Virus record (IMG/VR): IMGVR_UViG_3300025676_000071
Location: 1 to 25,406 of that record
Reading direction: 5' to 3' (one strand)
DNA: 25,406 nucleotides
Origin: a virus
Lineage: Duplodnaviria > Caudoviricetes
The notes under the pieces are model-generated. The model was not told the origin of the DNA, did not search any database, and saw only the letters and a list, made by a program, of their open reading frames with translations. Shown here in pieces: positions 1-8,947 of this stretch. Each line of letters starts with the position of its first letter. Positions within the stretch are counted from its first letter, which is position 1. The translations under genes were made by a program, and so were the position numbers.

Positions 1-73
1 TCCTAAGCTTTGGCCCTAATTGCCGAGAAATAGAACTACGAAGCTGGCGACGATTTATTCCTGGCCGAACCAT
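1..73 (-). CDS. 5' end of a virion/neck-region gene (runs off the window edge)
   Basis: ATG at 73-71 overlaps the stop of the upstream ORF (TAATG); open frame MVRPGINRRQLRSSISRQLGPKLR to the edge. Confidence 0.6.
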   Translation of the reverse strand, partial: MVRPGINRRQLRSSISRQLGPKLR

Positions 74-537
74 TATTCATCCCTCTCTAAATATAAAACA
101 TAATATTGAGGCCCGAATAACCCGGCCCGCGAAGCATCCGTCACAATTCGCCACACGATTCCATCAATTTCAATCTTCGTTGCAAACTTAAAAGCCTTAT
201 AAGCTACCTCGTCCAACTTTAGTCGTAATTCTCCCATTCCCCACTGGACATTAACCTGCGCCCCAATACCTCCCTCGTCTTGCTCTTCCTGGACGGGTCT
301 ATATTGCACCCTCGCAGAAACAACCGTGCGCGTTACTACCGTCTTAGATGAGCTGGTTTGTGCATTTTTAAGTTTTTGATATAATGCATTATAGCTACTC
401 TCAAATACTGGATTGGTGGCTACTAGGATTTCAGTCTTATTCTGATAAATGGTTATATCCCGCGCAAAAGTGTCATGGACATCCACAATGGCCAATTCCA
501 TATCAGCTTTATCTGCGGCTGAGATTAAATCGGCCAT
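73..537 (-). CDS. Putative head-closure/stopper protein, 154 aa
   Basis: Position downstream of MCP; beta-rich C-terminus (KIEIDGIVWRIV...YYVLYLER) typical of head-closure proteins. Confidence 0.5.
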   Translation of the reverse strand: MADLISAADKADMELAIVDVHDTFARDITIYQNKTEILVATNPVFESSYNALYQKLKNAQTSSSKTVVTRTVVSARVQYRPVQEEQDEGGIGAQVNVQWGMGELRLKLDEVAYKAFKFATKIEIDGIVWRIVTDASRAGLFGPQYYVLYLERDE

Positions 538-539
538 GC

Positions 540-1067
540 TTAATTCCCGTCACTACCGGCGACTTGGCGGGGTGCACCCTGGTAATAATTATAGCGATAA
601 ACTAAATCTTGAAGTTTAGCTTCTGCGGCAGCGGCTAAATTCTTAAAGGTACGGGAAGCTTCCGTACGAGCGGATGCGGTCACCTTAATGGCGTCTCGCT
701 GAATTGTTGTATCTCCTTCTCTTAAGGTGGTCCAAGGGGTCATTTCCACACTAGAGGTAGATGATGTAGAAGTGTTAACGAAACTACGAAGGCTTAGTCG
801 CGCTTGCTTGTTATAATAATCTTGTAGATATACTTGGGTGTAAATAGCCTTCTCTTCTTGCTGTAGGTGGTTTCCAGTAGCATAACCTGTTTCTAAATTC
901 AATGTACCACTATAAAAGGTGGTGTAAATCAGGGTGTTCAGCTGTCCTAAATTAGTCAGAAGCCAGCCTGAGACTTTCTGAACCTCCGTCGCAGCTTCTA
1001 CCCCGGTGATATAATCGAAATCCCATTGGACTATACCCGAGGCAAGTTGTCCTATTTGGTTAGCCAT
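540..1067 (-). CDS. Putative head-tail adaptor, 175 aa
   Basis: Tightly coupled ORF after the MCP cluster; helical with a 'REGDTTI' hairpin; function inferred from synteny. Confidence 0.45.
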   Translation of the reverse strand: MANQIGQLASGIVQWDFDYITGVEAATEVQKVSGWLLTNLGQLNTLIYTTFYSGTLNLETGYATGNHLQQEEKAIYTQVYLQDYYNKQARLSLRSFVNTSTSSTSSVEMTPWTTLREGDTTIQRDAIKVTASARTEASRTFKNLAAAAEAKLQDLVYRYNYYQGAPRQVAGSDGN

Positions 1068-1540
1068 TACAGGCCCTCTTTCATCAGCTCAAGAGCAGCC
1101 TTAAACTTGGGATCGCTAGGGTCTCTGCCTCCACAAACAGACAATTGGGTGGGGTTTACGAAAGAGCCGGACCCTCGCTGGTAATCTCTAAATGACTTTT
1201 TAAGCTTATTGCGAAGGGAGGTTGCGGTGCCGCTGGGAAATACTCCTACCGTTACAGCTAATTCCTGCAAATCGACCAGAGCCATCTCGGTTAACTTTTG
1301 TTCCAAAACGGAAGTTATAGTAGTGCCATAAGGGTTCACTTCATTAAGTCCTACGAGCTGCTCCAGCTCTTGGGCTTTGCGAATTTTTTCATCCTGCTTT
1401 CCGTCGGCAAAGGAAAGTGAGTCTAGTTGGGTTTTCTTGGGAGAAGCCGTCGAGCCTTTGCTTTTTGTGGTCTTGCGAGCTTTTGATTGTTTTCCGGTAG
1501 CGGTTTTAAGAGTGTCGAGTTTAGTTTTCTTTGTGGTCAT
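1067..1540 (-). CDS. Hypothetical protein with Lys-rich N-terminus, 157 aa
   Basis: ORF track; TAATG coupling to the next gene; GTGTA motif upstream at 1578-1582. Confidence 0.75.
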   Translation of the reverse strand: MTTKKTKLDTLKTATGKQSKARKTTKSKGSTASPKKTQLDSLSFADGKQDEKIRKAQELEQLVGLNEVNPYGTTITSVLEQKLTEMALVDLQELAVTVGVFPSGTATSLRNKLKKSFRDYQRGSGSFVNPTQLSVCGGRDPSDPKFKAALELMKEGL

Positions 1541-1606
1541 GGTGGTATAAGGTTTAATAAATTATTATATAAAATTTTACACAAAACTCAATTTTATGTG
1601 AACAAA

Positions 1607-1636
1607 AGAAAACCCGCCACAATGGGCGGGTTTTCT
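1607..1636 (-). terminator. Intrinsic terminator after the major capsid gene (possibly bidirectional)
   Basis: AGAAAACCCGCC-N6-GGCGGGTTTTCT inverted repeat followed by a T-run on the minus strand. Confidence 0.85.
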
Positions 1637-1661
1637 AGGTAGATTAGAGTAGAAGGTAAAC

Positions 1662-2744
1662 TTAAGAAAGTTCCGTTCCCAAAATCACACGACTGTCGAG
1701 TACTACCCGACCCTCTTCAAGAGAGCCATAGTAACCGATCTTTTGTTGACGAATGCTGTATTGATCATCAGCCATGAGACTGAATTCCGAACCGCTTTCG
1801 CTGTCCGTAGCAATCACCTTAAGAAGGGAATCACGATTCGTGTTAAGGGCAACCACAAGGTCAGTGACGGCAGTGCCAGCCAATCCGTTATAGATATTAG
1901 TGAATTGACGACCCGGGCCAAACTGCCAGATCTCATGAAGCTGCACACCGAAGAAATTCGGCATTTCACCACTTGAGTTGAAGAGTTTGTTTCGGATATC
2001 GTCCGTAGCATAGCCGGCTAGACTAGCAACTCCTGCTGGGGAACCCTTAGTATCAATCGGATTGTACGCCATTCCGCGCATATCTTCAATAACTTCAGGA
2101 CTAAGCAAGAGAACGTTCAAGCCATCATGACGAGCGTCGGGCGTTCCACCACTCCAGGAAGCATGAAGCCTCTTGGATGCGGTAAGCAGCTTATTCAAGT
2201 CTGCAAGCAAGAACTGGCCACCATTGGCGGAAATCTGTCCGAACACATTTCCATCATTGCGTCTGTCGGCCAAAGTGCCAAGTACTAAATTAGCACTTGT
2301 CTTCTCTTGCTTGAGAAGAATTTCTTGCGCCATACGGGTAAAGGTCTTACCAACGACATCGAGACGACTTTTAGCCGCATAACGACGATCAAAGCTAACA
2401 GCACTATCAAGGGTGTATGTGGCCACCTTGAGTTCTGCAGCAGTCGGTGCTACTTGGTTAGTAGGAAGTCCACCAGGCATCGACTGACTATAGACGGTGA
2501 TGTAATCCTCGGCGGTTATATCGTAGTAAAGATCCAGGGGCAAACTAGGATTGTCATCAGCATTATACTGCAGAGGACGAAACATGTTGCTAAGCACAGG
2601 CGCATTGTTAATGACTTCTGCTAGGACGGGGCCTATAAAGTTAGCCAGGAGTGCTTGGGCTTCATACGCGATATCGCGATTCTTGGAAGCCATCGCCTTG
2701 ATGAGCTCGACTTGTTCTTCGGTTCGTTTTAGAGTAATATTCAT
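1662..2744 (-). CDS. Major capsid protein (probably HK97 fold), 360 aa
   Basis: Size; order portal-protease/scaffold-decoration-MCP; strong terminator directly after; 'LLLSPE' and 'FFGVQL' segments at positions typical of the HK97 A/P domains. Confidence 0.75.
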   Translation of the reverse strand: MNITLKRTEEQVELIKAMASKNRDIAYEAQALLANFIGPVLAEVINNAPVLSNMFRPLQYNADDNPSLPLDLYYDITAEDYITVYSQSMPGGLPTNQVAPTAAELKVATYTLDSAVSFDRRYAAKSRLDVVGKTFTRMAQEILLKQEKTSANLVLGTLADRRNDGNVFGQISANGGQFLLADLNKLLTASKRLHASWSGGTPDARHDGLNVLLLSPEVIEDMRGMAYNPIDTKGSPAGVASLAGYATDDIRNKLFNSSGEMPNFFGVQLHEIWQFGPGRQFTNIYNGLAGTAVTDLVVALNTNRDSLLKVIATDSESGSEFSLMADDQYSIRQQKIGYYGSLEEGRVVLDSRVILGTELS

Positions 2745-2764
2745 TTTAAATTATCTCCTTAGAG

Positions 2765-3559
2765 TTAGCGAGTAAGATTATTCGTATCAAATTGGATTAT
2801 AGCGTAATAACCAGTACCGGCGCCAGCGTTGGCGTTGCTTGGATTACCTGCGAATTGGTCCATATTTTGACCAGATTGATTTACTACTCGGGATCCTGTA
2901 GCGAGTACACGGCCAAAACTTGAGGGGTCATCCCCTACCGCGCCATTCACTCCGAATCCAGAAGCATAGAGTTGCCCCTTATCAAAAGCCGCTCCCTGGT
3001 CAGGTCGAAGACCTACGTTAAAGCCAACGATATCTGCCGTAGGATTGCCTAGACCGGCATCAATATATTCGGTAATGTCCAAACTGCCAGCAGAATTAAC
3101 TGCTCCAGAGGCAAAAGGTCCTCCGCAAGCTACGCTGATAATGCCTCGGCTCAAAACAGGAACTGACTCGCCCGGCAGAATCGATTGGGTTTCCAATTTC
3201 TTTTGAGGGTAATAGAGGAGTTTCTGTCCGTTTTCGTCCTGTTGACAGGTTTGATAAAGAGTAACACCAATGGCATTGTCGCCACTGTTCGCCACCCCAA
3301 CCTCCGTAGTCACGCGAGGATATTGATCTCTCCCGACATAAGGAACATTACTAGGATTCATTCCTAGATACGTTTGGTATTGGTCATCGTAGGTGGTAGG
3401 ACCGTCATTGAGACCGCCTTGGGTTACTTTAACCCAGACGCCCGCATCTCCGGAGCCCACATCCATGGTGCCTACGTTGAGATCAGCTTCTTGAAGAGCA
3501 AACATATTAATAACGTCTGTCTCCGCGTACTGTCTAAATGGTAATAGTCTTAGTGCCAT
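2765..3559 (-). CDS. Putative capsid decoration/cement protein, 264 aa
   Basis: Gly/Ala/Asn-rich beta protein immediately upstream of MCP. Confidence 0.5.
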   Translation of the reverse strand: MALRLLPFRQYAETDVINMFALQEADLNVGTMDVGSGDAGVWVKVTQGGLNDGPTTYDDQYQTYLGMNPSNVPYVGRDQYPRVTTEVGVANSGDNAIGVTLYQTCQQDENGQKLLYYPQKKLETQSILPGESVPVLSRGIISVACGGPFASGAVNSAGSLDITEYIDAGLGNPTADIVGFNVGLRPDQGAAFDKGQLYASGFGVNGAVGDDPSSFGRVLATGSRVVNQSGQNMDQFAGNPSNANAGAGTGYYAIIQFDTNNLTR

Positions 3560-3578
3560 TGTATTTGATAGTTAGTTG

Positions 3579-5915
3579 TTAAGTGATAATTAAATTTTCT
3601 TTGGAAAAAGCTTTCTGAAATCTGTCTGCTAGAGTAACCTCTTCTTCAGTAGAAGCTTCGCTATTATTGGGAAGAGCGCTTTTTTCTTCTTCCATGTTTT
3701 CCATGGCAGTTTCTACGGTAGCATCGGAATTCTCTACTTCTTTGTCGGAGGCAGTTCCAATTTGAGCCACGCGCTTTTCTACTTCAGCCTGGATCCGAGC
3801 ATCAAACTCTTCCTTCTTGGCCTGGATAAAATCTTTGTCCTTGTGTTGCCAAAAAACAGCAACCTTCTCTTGGTATTCAGCAAATGATTCATCCGAGAGA
3901 TCCAGCGCTCCAAGCTCTGAAGCCAGGAGTTCGCGATCTGCTTCTTCAAGCTCGTACATTTCATCCACGACACCCATGCGGGCATTAAAGGCTTCCTTGG
4001 CGTCTCGTTCTGCATTTTCAGCTACAAGAGCGGTAATTTTTTCTTCAGCAGCAGTAAGTTTTTCCTCTACTTCTGCAACCGTTTTCTTAAAGTTGTCTTG
4101 GGCTTCTTCAAGGTCTTTTTCTGCATTCGCCGCCTTTTCCTTTTCAGCGACATACTCGTCACTTCTTTGGCGGATAGCTTCTTCTACAACCTCTCCGATA
4201 CTTGCCACGGCTTCTTTTGAGAATTCTTTGGCGAAGTCATGTTCCTTAAGAGCTCGTTCTAGTTTTTCTAGGATTTCGTTTTCCATAGCTTTAGTTAAAT
4301 AGTTAGTTCGATTATAATTTACATTCTTTTCATCTACTTGTGAAATTTTATTTTCTAAGGTTTTTAAATTTTTAATAAAATTAGAGCTCTTTACGGTAAT
4401 AACCGTTGCACATGAATCCGGAGCTAAACACACCTCCGTCCTTACCTTTTCATCGTCTTCTTCGGGAGCAAGGGAAATTTCAGTGTCGACGTCTTCGACC
4501 CCTTTTCTTTGTGTTATAAGACCCTCCACATCCGCAGCGGGATTAGTAGTAAACCCTATTCCTAGTGGGTAAATATCTCCCACGACTAATCTATAAACCT
4601 TCGTACCGTCATCCATCTGGCCGGGACCTTCGTTGGCTCTCAGGTAGGTAGAAAGTTCCTCCACTTGCGCTGGATCGGTTACAACATCAGCCTCATCGAG
4701 ATTATCCGAACCTAATGCAATATGGTATTTGTTAAATCCTATTTCCCAGCTGGCGGATATCTTTTTTTCAAACTCCCCGTTATTATTTTCCAGTAAGTCA
4801 GCAAACCCCGGATGAACCGTTCTATATATAACAGCCGCACAAGCTATATTAAAAGGGCTGCGCAAATCCTTTACAGCTAAGTCTTCTAAAATTTGATTAT
4901 TGCCAAACCTACTAAAGGCGCTAGACACAATGTGACCCACGACTTTTTGCTTCTGATGTTCTATGTTTGCAGGCTTATTGACGAAGTAGTCTTTAATCGC
5001 CAAGGCCGTAGGAGTATCGATACCGTCATCATTGCGATTGAATTTATTAACTACTGCGGCATTAAAGGCAACGCCCAAGAGATCAATGTTTTTTTCAAAA
5101 TCAATATCTTTGGGAATAAGAGGGCGCAATTGTTGCAGAGACGCTTCACTAAGCTGCCACTCCCCGCTTTCAATCTTGCTGGTTGCAATAATTTGCTCTT
5201 GAAAACGAGTAGTATACTTATAGGGTAAGGAGGACATATTAGCACTAGAAGATTTAGGAGTTGTTTTAAAATACACTTTTTTTTGTAAAGAGGGTAAGAT
5301 ATAATTACGAACTAGCGCTTTGGCAAATTCATTATCACTAGGAAAATGCACTCCTTCTTTTATCCTCGCCAACGCAACACGCTCGGCTATTTCCATTAGA
5401 CCCTCTCTGTGATCCGGATTGTCTTGGGCCAATAACTCCGCCGCAAGATAAGCTTGAGTAGCATGACCGCTAGGGTAAGAGGGGGTTTTGGCGGTCCCCG
5501 AAAGGCCTGATTGTACATCTTTATTATAACTTAAACTAACCCCGTGGTAATCCGCCAGCTGATAAGGCCTTGGCCGGTTGTAGGCCTTCTTTAGCCTAAG
5601 TATTAGTGCTTTAGAATCATTAACTAGATCTTTTATTCGTTGCTTATCATAGCGCAACTGGTGCTCCTCGGCGTAAGCGAGTATTACTTTTACGAATTTC
5701 TTATCAAGCTTTTCCCTCTCGCTTTCAGGAAACTCAGCATTATCTACTACTTGAGCAATATACTCCAACTCTCCACGAACCTCTAGGGAGCTGTTCAGTG
5801 GAGGGCTTGCATAATCTATATCCCCAACATCTAGAGGAATAAGTTTACTGGGAGCCTTAGAGGTCTCTTCCGCTTTCGTCGACAACTCCCCAAACTGGAG
5901 GTCATCAATATGCAT
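3579..5915 (-). CDS. PAP2-superfamily phosphatase/haloperoxidase domain fused to a putative prohead protease + coiled-coil scaffold, about 778 aa
   Basis: PAP2 motifs KKAYNRPRP, SYPSGH, ARIKEGVHFPSD; the central domain has H...SWEIGF...GIGFTTNPAA (protease-like); acidic coiled-coil C-terminus. Start moved to ATG 5915, adjacent to the upstream stop; internal ATG at 5237. Confidence 0.7.
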   Translation of the reverse strand: MHIDDLQFGELSTKAEETSKAPSKLIPLDVGDIDYASPPLNSSLEVRGELEYIAQVVDNAEFPESEREKLDKKFVKVILAYAEEHQLRYDKQRIKDLVNDSKALILRLKKAYNRPRPYQLADYHGVSLSYNKDVQSGLSGTAKTPSYPSGHATQAYLAAELLAQDNPDHREGLMEIAERVALARIKEGVHFPSDNEFAKALVRNYILPSLQKKVYFKTTPKSSSANMSSLPYKYTTRFQEQIIATSKIESGEWQLSEASLQQLRPLIPKDIDFEKNIDLLGVAFNAAVVNKFNRNDDGIDTPTALAIKDYFVNKPANIEHQKQKVVGHIVSSAFSRFGNNQILEDLAVKDLRSPFNIACAAVIYRTVHPGFADLLENNNGEFEKKISASWEIGFNKYHIALGSDNLDEADVVTDPAQVEELSTYLRANEGPGQMDDGTKVYRLVVGDIYPLGIGFTTNPAADVEGLITQRKGVEDVDTEISLAPEEDDEKVRTEVCLAPDSCATVITVKSSNFIKNLKTLENKISQVDEKNVNYNRTNYLTKAMENEILEKLERALKEHDFAKEFSKEAVASIGEVVEEAIRQRSDEYVAEKEKAANAEKDLEEAQDNFKKTVAEVEEKLTAAEEKITALVAENAERDAKEAFNARMGVVDEMYELEEADRELLASELGALDLSDESFAEYQEKVAVFWQHKDKDFIQAKKEEFDARIQAEVEKRVAQIGTASDKEVENSDATVETAMENMEEEKSALPNNSEASTEEEVTLADRFQKAFSKENLIIT

Positions 5916-5916
5916 T

Positions 5917-6741
5917 TTACTTCTCGCCCCAGTCTTTTGGTAGAGATCCTTCACAGCCCAGCTTTTTAGCTCTCGCCTTAAGCTTGCTCTTGAAGCTTGC
6001 AAAACTCATATCGCCCTTATACATACCCCATGTACTGACGGCGGCTTTTACATTTTTGCAAGATACGACTGGAAAGGACCTCCGCGCTGGATCCAAAAAG
6101 TCACTATCCTTGAGCTTGCTTCTTTTTTCCCCGCCAAAACGTTCGGCTGCATGATGCCAGTATTCACTGTAGTCTGACCCCTTAGCCTTCTTGTCTTTTT
6201 TTTCGTCCTTCTCGTCTTCCTTTTCGTCCTTCTTTAAATCCTTAACTTGCTTCTTGTCATCTTTTACCGCATCTTTTTCATGATCTTCCTTTTCCTTTTT
6301 GTCATCGTCCTTGAGCTCTTTCTTGTCCTTATTTAGCCATGGAGGCATCTCGCCCTTTTTAGCCTTCGTCATCGCCTTAGAATCTTTGACTTTATTTTCC
6401 TTGTCAAAGCGCTCGTCCTTCTTGAGGTCATGCTCTTCGACCTGTTTCTTTTCTGTCTGTTTGCCCTTCTTGTCTTTCTTGATTCGGGACTGGTCGTCCT
6501 TGACGGCATCCTTCTCGTGCTCTTCCTTTTCCTTCTTGTCGTCCTTCTTAAGTTCTTTCTTGTCAATTTGGTCCCATTCCTTTTTAGTTTTTGCGTGCTT
6601 TACAAGAGCTTCGCTGTACTCTTCACGGTGGGGGGCAGGAACCTTTTCCCAGTCAACGGTGTTGACGATTTCTACCTCAGTGGTGGAACCGTCAATTTTT
6701 ACTTTGCTAATTAATGGTTGATTTATAATATTGTCTTTCAT
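5917..6741 (-). CDS. Highly charged K/D/E-rich protein with a C-terminal RSKLKDSDF...RRSFPV domain (resembles DUF6582, from memory)
   Basis: ORF track; ATG at 6741 preferred to GTG at 6768; internal 24-aa duplication. Confidence 0.7.
   Translation of the reverse strand: MKDNIINQPLISKVKIDGSTTEVEIVNTVDWEKVPAPHREEYSEALVKHAKTKKEWDQIDKKELKKDDKKEKEEHEKDAVKDDQSRIKKDKKGKQTEKKQVEEHDLKKDERFDKENKVKDSKAMTKAKKGEMPPWLNKDKKELKDDDKKEKEDHEKDAVKDDKKQVKDLKKDEKEDEKDEKKDKKAKGSDYSEYWHHAAERFGGEKRSKLKDSDFLDPARRSFPVVSCKNVKAAVSTWGMYKGDMSFASFKSKLKARAKKLGCEGSLPKDWGEK
6256..6564 (-). repeat. Intragenic 72-bp duplication (6256-6327 and 6493-6564)
   Basis: DKKELKKDDKKEKEEHEKDAVKDD versus DKKELKDDDKKEKEDHEKDAVKDD. Confidence 0.85.
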
Positions 6742-6772
6742 AATAAAAAGGGTTAAATGAGTATACACTAAA

Positions 6773-8875
6773 TTATTCTTTTTTATCTTTACTGTTTTTG
6801 CTGTGATACAAGAGAGCCGCCGGATAAAATCCTAAATTATGTTCGGCAGCGATCTCTCCAATGGCGGGCAGTGCGGCTAGAGCAGTCATCTTTTCCATGT
6901 CCTCTACACATTCCACCGCGCAGGGTTCCCATTCATGTCGCTCCTTGGAGGTGATAATATTTTCGCAGAATTTATCTACCAGCTCTTTTTTCTGCTTTGA
7001 CATTCTTTTTACTTTATAATGCTTCTTAACCTTCTCCTCTACAAAACTATGTAAAGCTTCTGTGGCGTACACCGTCTCTTGAATCCCTTTTTTACTATAA
7101 AGGTCCTCTGCAGTGGCTCCAGCTGGACGTCCCACGTTTTGCGTAGGAGAGCTAATCTTGGGAGGTGTGCCGCCCGGAATAGGCCCTTCTCGCCGGTCTA
7201 ACACTTGTTCTTCGGCGATCTTTTCCTTCATATTTCTTTCGAGAGGAGCTCCAGGAGACTCCACCTGCGGGACTCCCCCCACTAATGGATTATAGTACCC
7301 TTTTTCTCGATCCGCTACAAACCCCTCTTGAGCCTCATCCAAGTCGCCCGCCCGGGGCAAAATCCCGGTTGCCATAGACTCAACACCTTGGGATGGAGTA
7401 ATGACTCCGAGTTCTATGAGGCGAGTGGTAATGCGCTGAAATTGAACTTCGTCCTTAATATCCTTATCTGTAAACTTGGCTTTGGGAAACTTGCGAAATC
7501 CCATGGCCTGGCAGACCATCTTTATCTGGGGTTGGAGGAAATCGCTCAGAAAGGACTCCCTAGCTTCTCGCAGTCTCTCGAAGAATATTTCTGCTTTAAT
7601 TTGTTTGTTGGAGAACTTTTCTTCTCCTACAATAATATTCTGCAGTCCCTCTCGGATATCATTGTTGACTATCTCGTACTTTGCAGGCCCTAGTACTTTA
7701 TTCAAATCAGGAATAACGAAATCCGCCTTAGTCGTATAATCGGAGATTAAAACTCTTCCAACGCTTTCATTTTGAAACAAGGACTGCATTGCCTGAAAAT
7801 TAACAGGATTAATGCCTCCCTTATCTGGCTCGTTCCCCATTGTGATAAGTAAGACTACATTCTCTACAGTCCGGGTTATGGCCTGATCCATTTTTTTTAA
7901 TTCTATTTTCCAGTTGATATCGTCCAATACGGGAAACCCAAAAGGAATGGCAAATGGTTCGTAGTCTTGCTTCTTATAAAAAGAAAAGATTAATTTTCCG
8001 GGATCGAGTAAGATTTGGATGCCGTCTTCGCTCCAGAGATTTTCTTTTATTCTTTTCCTTACTTCAGGAGGCAAGCTTTCGAAAATTTCTTTGTCGTGCT
8101 CCGTTTTGGGATCCTTCAGTGACTCAATCTCATATTCACTTAAGATTTTGAAATATCTCCCATAGTAAAAAGTGAGTGCGCGCGTAGCAATGATGTCATA
8201 AGGATTCATCATTACGTATTTAATGGGAATAGTCCCCGGCTTTAATCCGAAGGTCCGAAAGTTTTTTGTGTTCCACGGATATCTATCTTCCGCAGCTCCA
8301 TAAACAGTGGTTATCTTCGCAAAGTCCTTACTGCTGAATTTCCCATCCAGCCGATACATGAAAACATTACCACTACGGTAATACTCTCTAAAATATTGAT
8401 CTTTTAAGTCCCAGAGCTTAAACTTCTCAAACCACTTGTAGAGAAATTCTCTAGATTTCTCAGAACCTCCCTCTAAATAGATGTCGGAATTTGCGAACTC
8501 TGCCATAACGTCGAGAGCGTTTCGGAAAATAGCTATATTAGCATAAGCTTTCTGACATAAGAGGATTGAGTCTTTAACGGTAATATAAGATCCTGTATGT
8601 GCCCAGGGGAGCATACCGGCGGAGATATTGGCAAAGCGAGAGGCGTACTCTGACGTGGCCGCTTTATTAAAGCGACTCTCTGTCTTACCCGTCCTCCCAG
8701 CAGTCTGATGTCGAGTGTAGGCGCCGGCGACGGCTTCGTAATAAGATTCTCCAGCCGAAGCTACAACTTCATGCAGTTTATGTCCATCGGTGGTAAAAAT
8801 CTCGCTCAAGTCTTTCTTCTGGGGATCAAACTTATTCCAATAGTCTGCCTTCTTGGTATACTTTCTCTTTGCCAT
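6773..8875 (-). CDS. Portal protein, 700 aa
   Basis: Directly follows TerL; 'YYRSGNVFMY' and 'FAIPFGFPVLDDI' match the usual portal GN-x-F and G-x-P-x-L segments. Confidence 0.75.
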   Translation of the reverse strand: MAKRKYTKKADYWNKFDPQKKDLSEIFTTDGHKLHEVVASAGESYYEAVAGAYTRHQTAGRTGKTESRFNKAATSEYASRFANISAGMLPWAHTGSYITVKDSILLCQKAYANIAIFRNALDVMAEFANSDIYLEGGSEKSREFLYKWFEKFKLWDLKDQYFREYYRSGNVFMYRLDGKFSSKDFAKITTVYGAAEDRYPWNTKNFRTFGLKPGTIPIKYVMMNPYDIIATRALTFYYGRYFKILSEYEIESLKDPKTEHDKEIFESLPPEVRKRIKENLWSEDGIQILLDPGKLIFSFYKKQDYEPFAIPFGFPVLDDINWKIELKKMDQAITRTVENVVLLITMGNEPDKGGINPVNFQAMQSLFQNESVGRVLISDYTTKADFVIPDLNKVLGPAKYEIVNNDIREGLQNIIVGEEKFSNKQIKAEIFFERLREARESFLSDFLQPQIKMVCQAMGFRKFPKAKFTDKDIKDEVQFQRITTRLIELGVITPSQGVESMATGILPRAGDLDEAQEGFVADREKGYYNPLVGGVPQVESPGAPLERNMKEKIAEEQVLDRREGPIPGGTPPKISSPTQNVGRPAGATAEDLYSKKGIQETVYATEALHSFVEEKVKKHYKVKRMSKQKKELVDKFCENIITSKERHEWEPCAVECVEDMEKMTALAALPAIGEIAAEHNLGFYPAALLYHSKNSKDKKE

Positions 8876-8893
8876 GTCCCCTAATTCTACACC

Positions 8894-8944
8894 AAAGTCT
8901 ATTAAAAGTCTATTAAAAGTCTAAGTAAAGTGCAAAGAGACTTT
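8894..8944. repeat. Phased 11-bp tandem repeat AAAGTCTATTA plus an inverted AGACTTT between terL and portal
   Basis: AAAGT at 8894, 8905, 8916 and 8927; AGACTTT at 8938-8944. Confidence 0.8.
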
Positions 8945-8947
8945 CAG

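Noticed and set aside
5916-6002. Upstream extension of the 807-aa ORF
   Set aside because: Overlaps the previous gene; ATG 5915 beside its stop is the more plausible start
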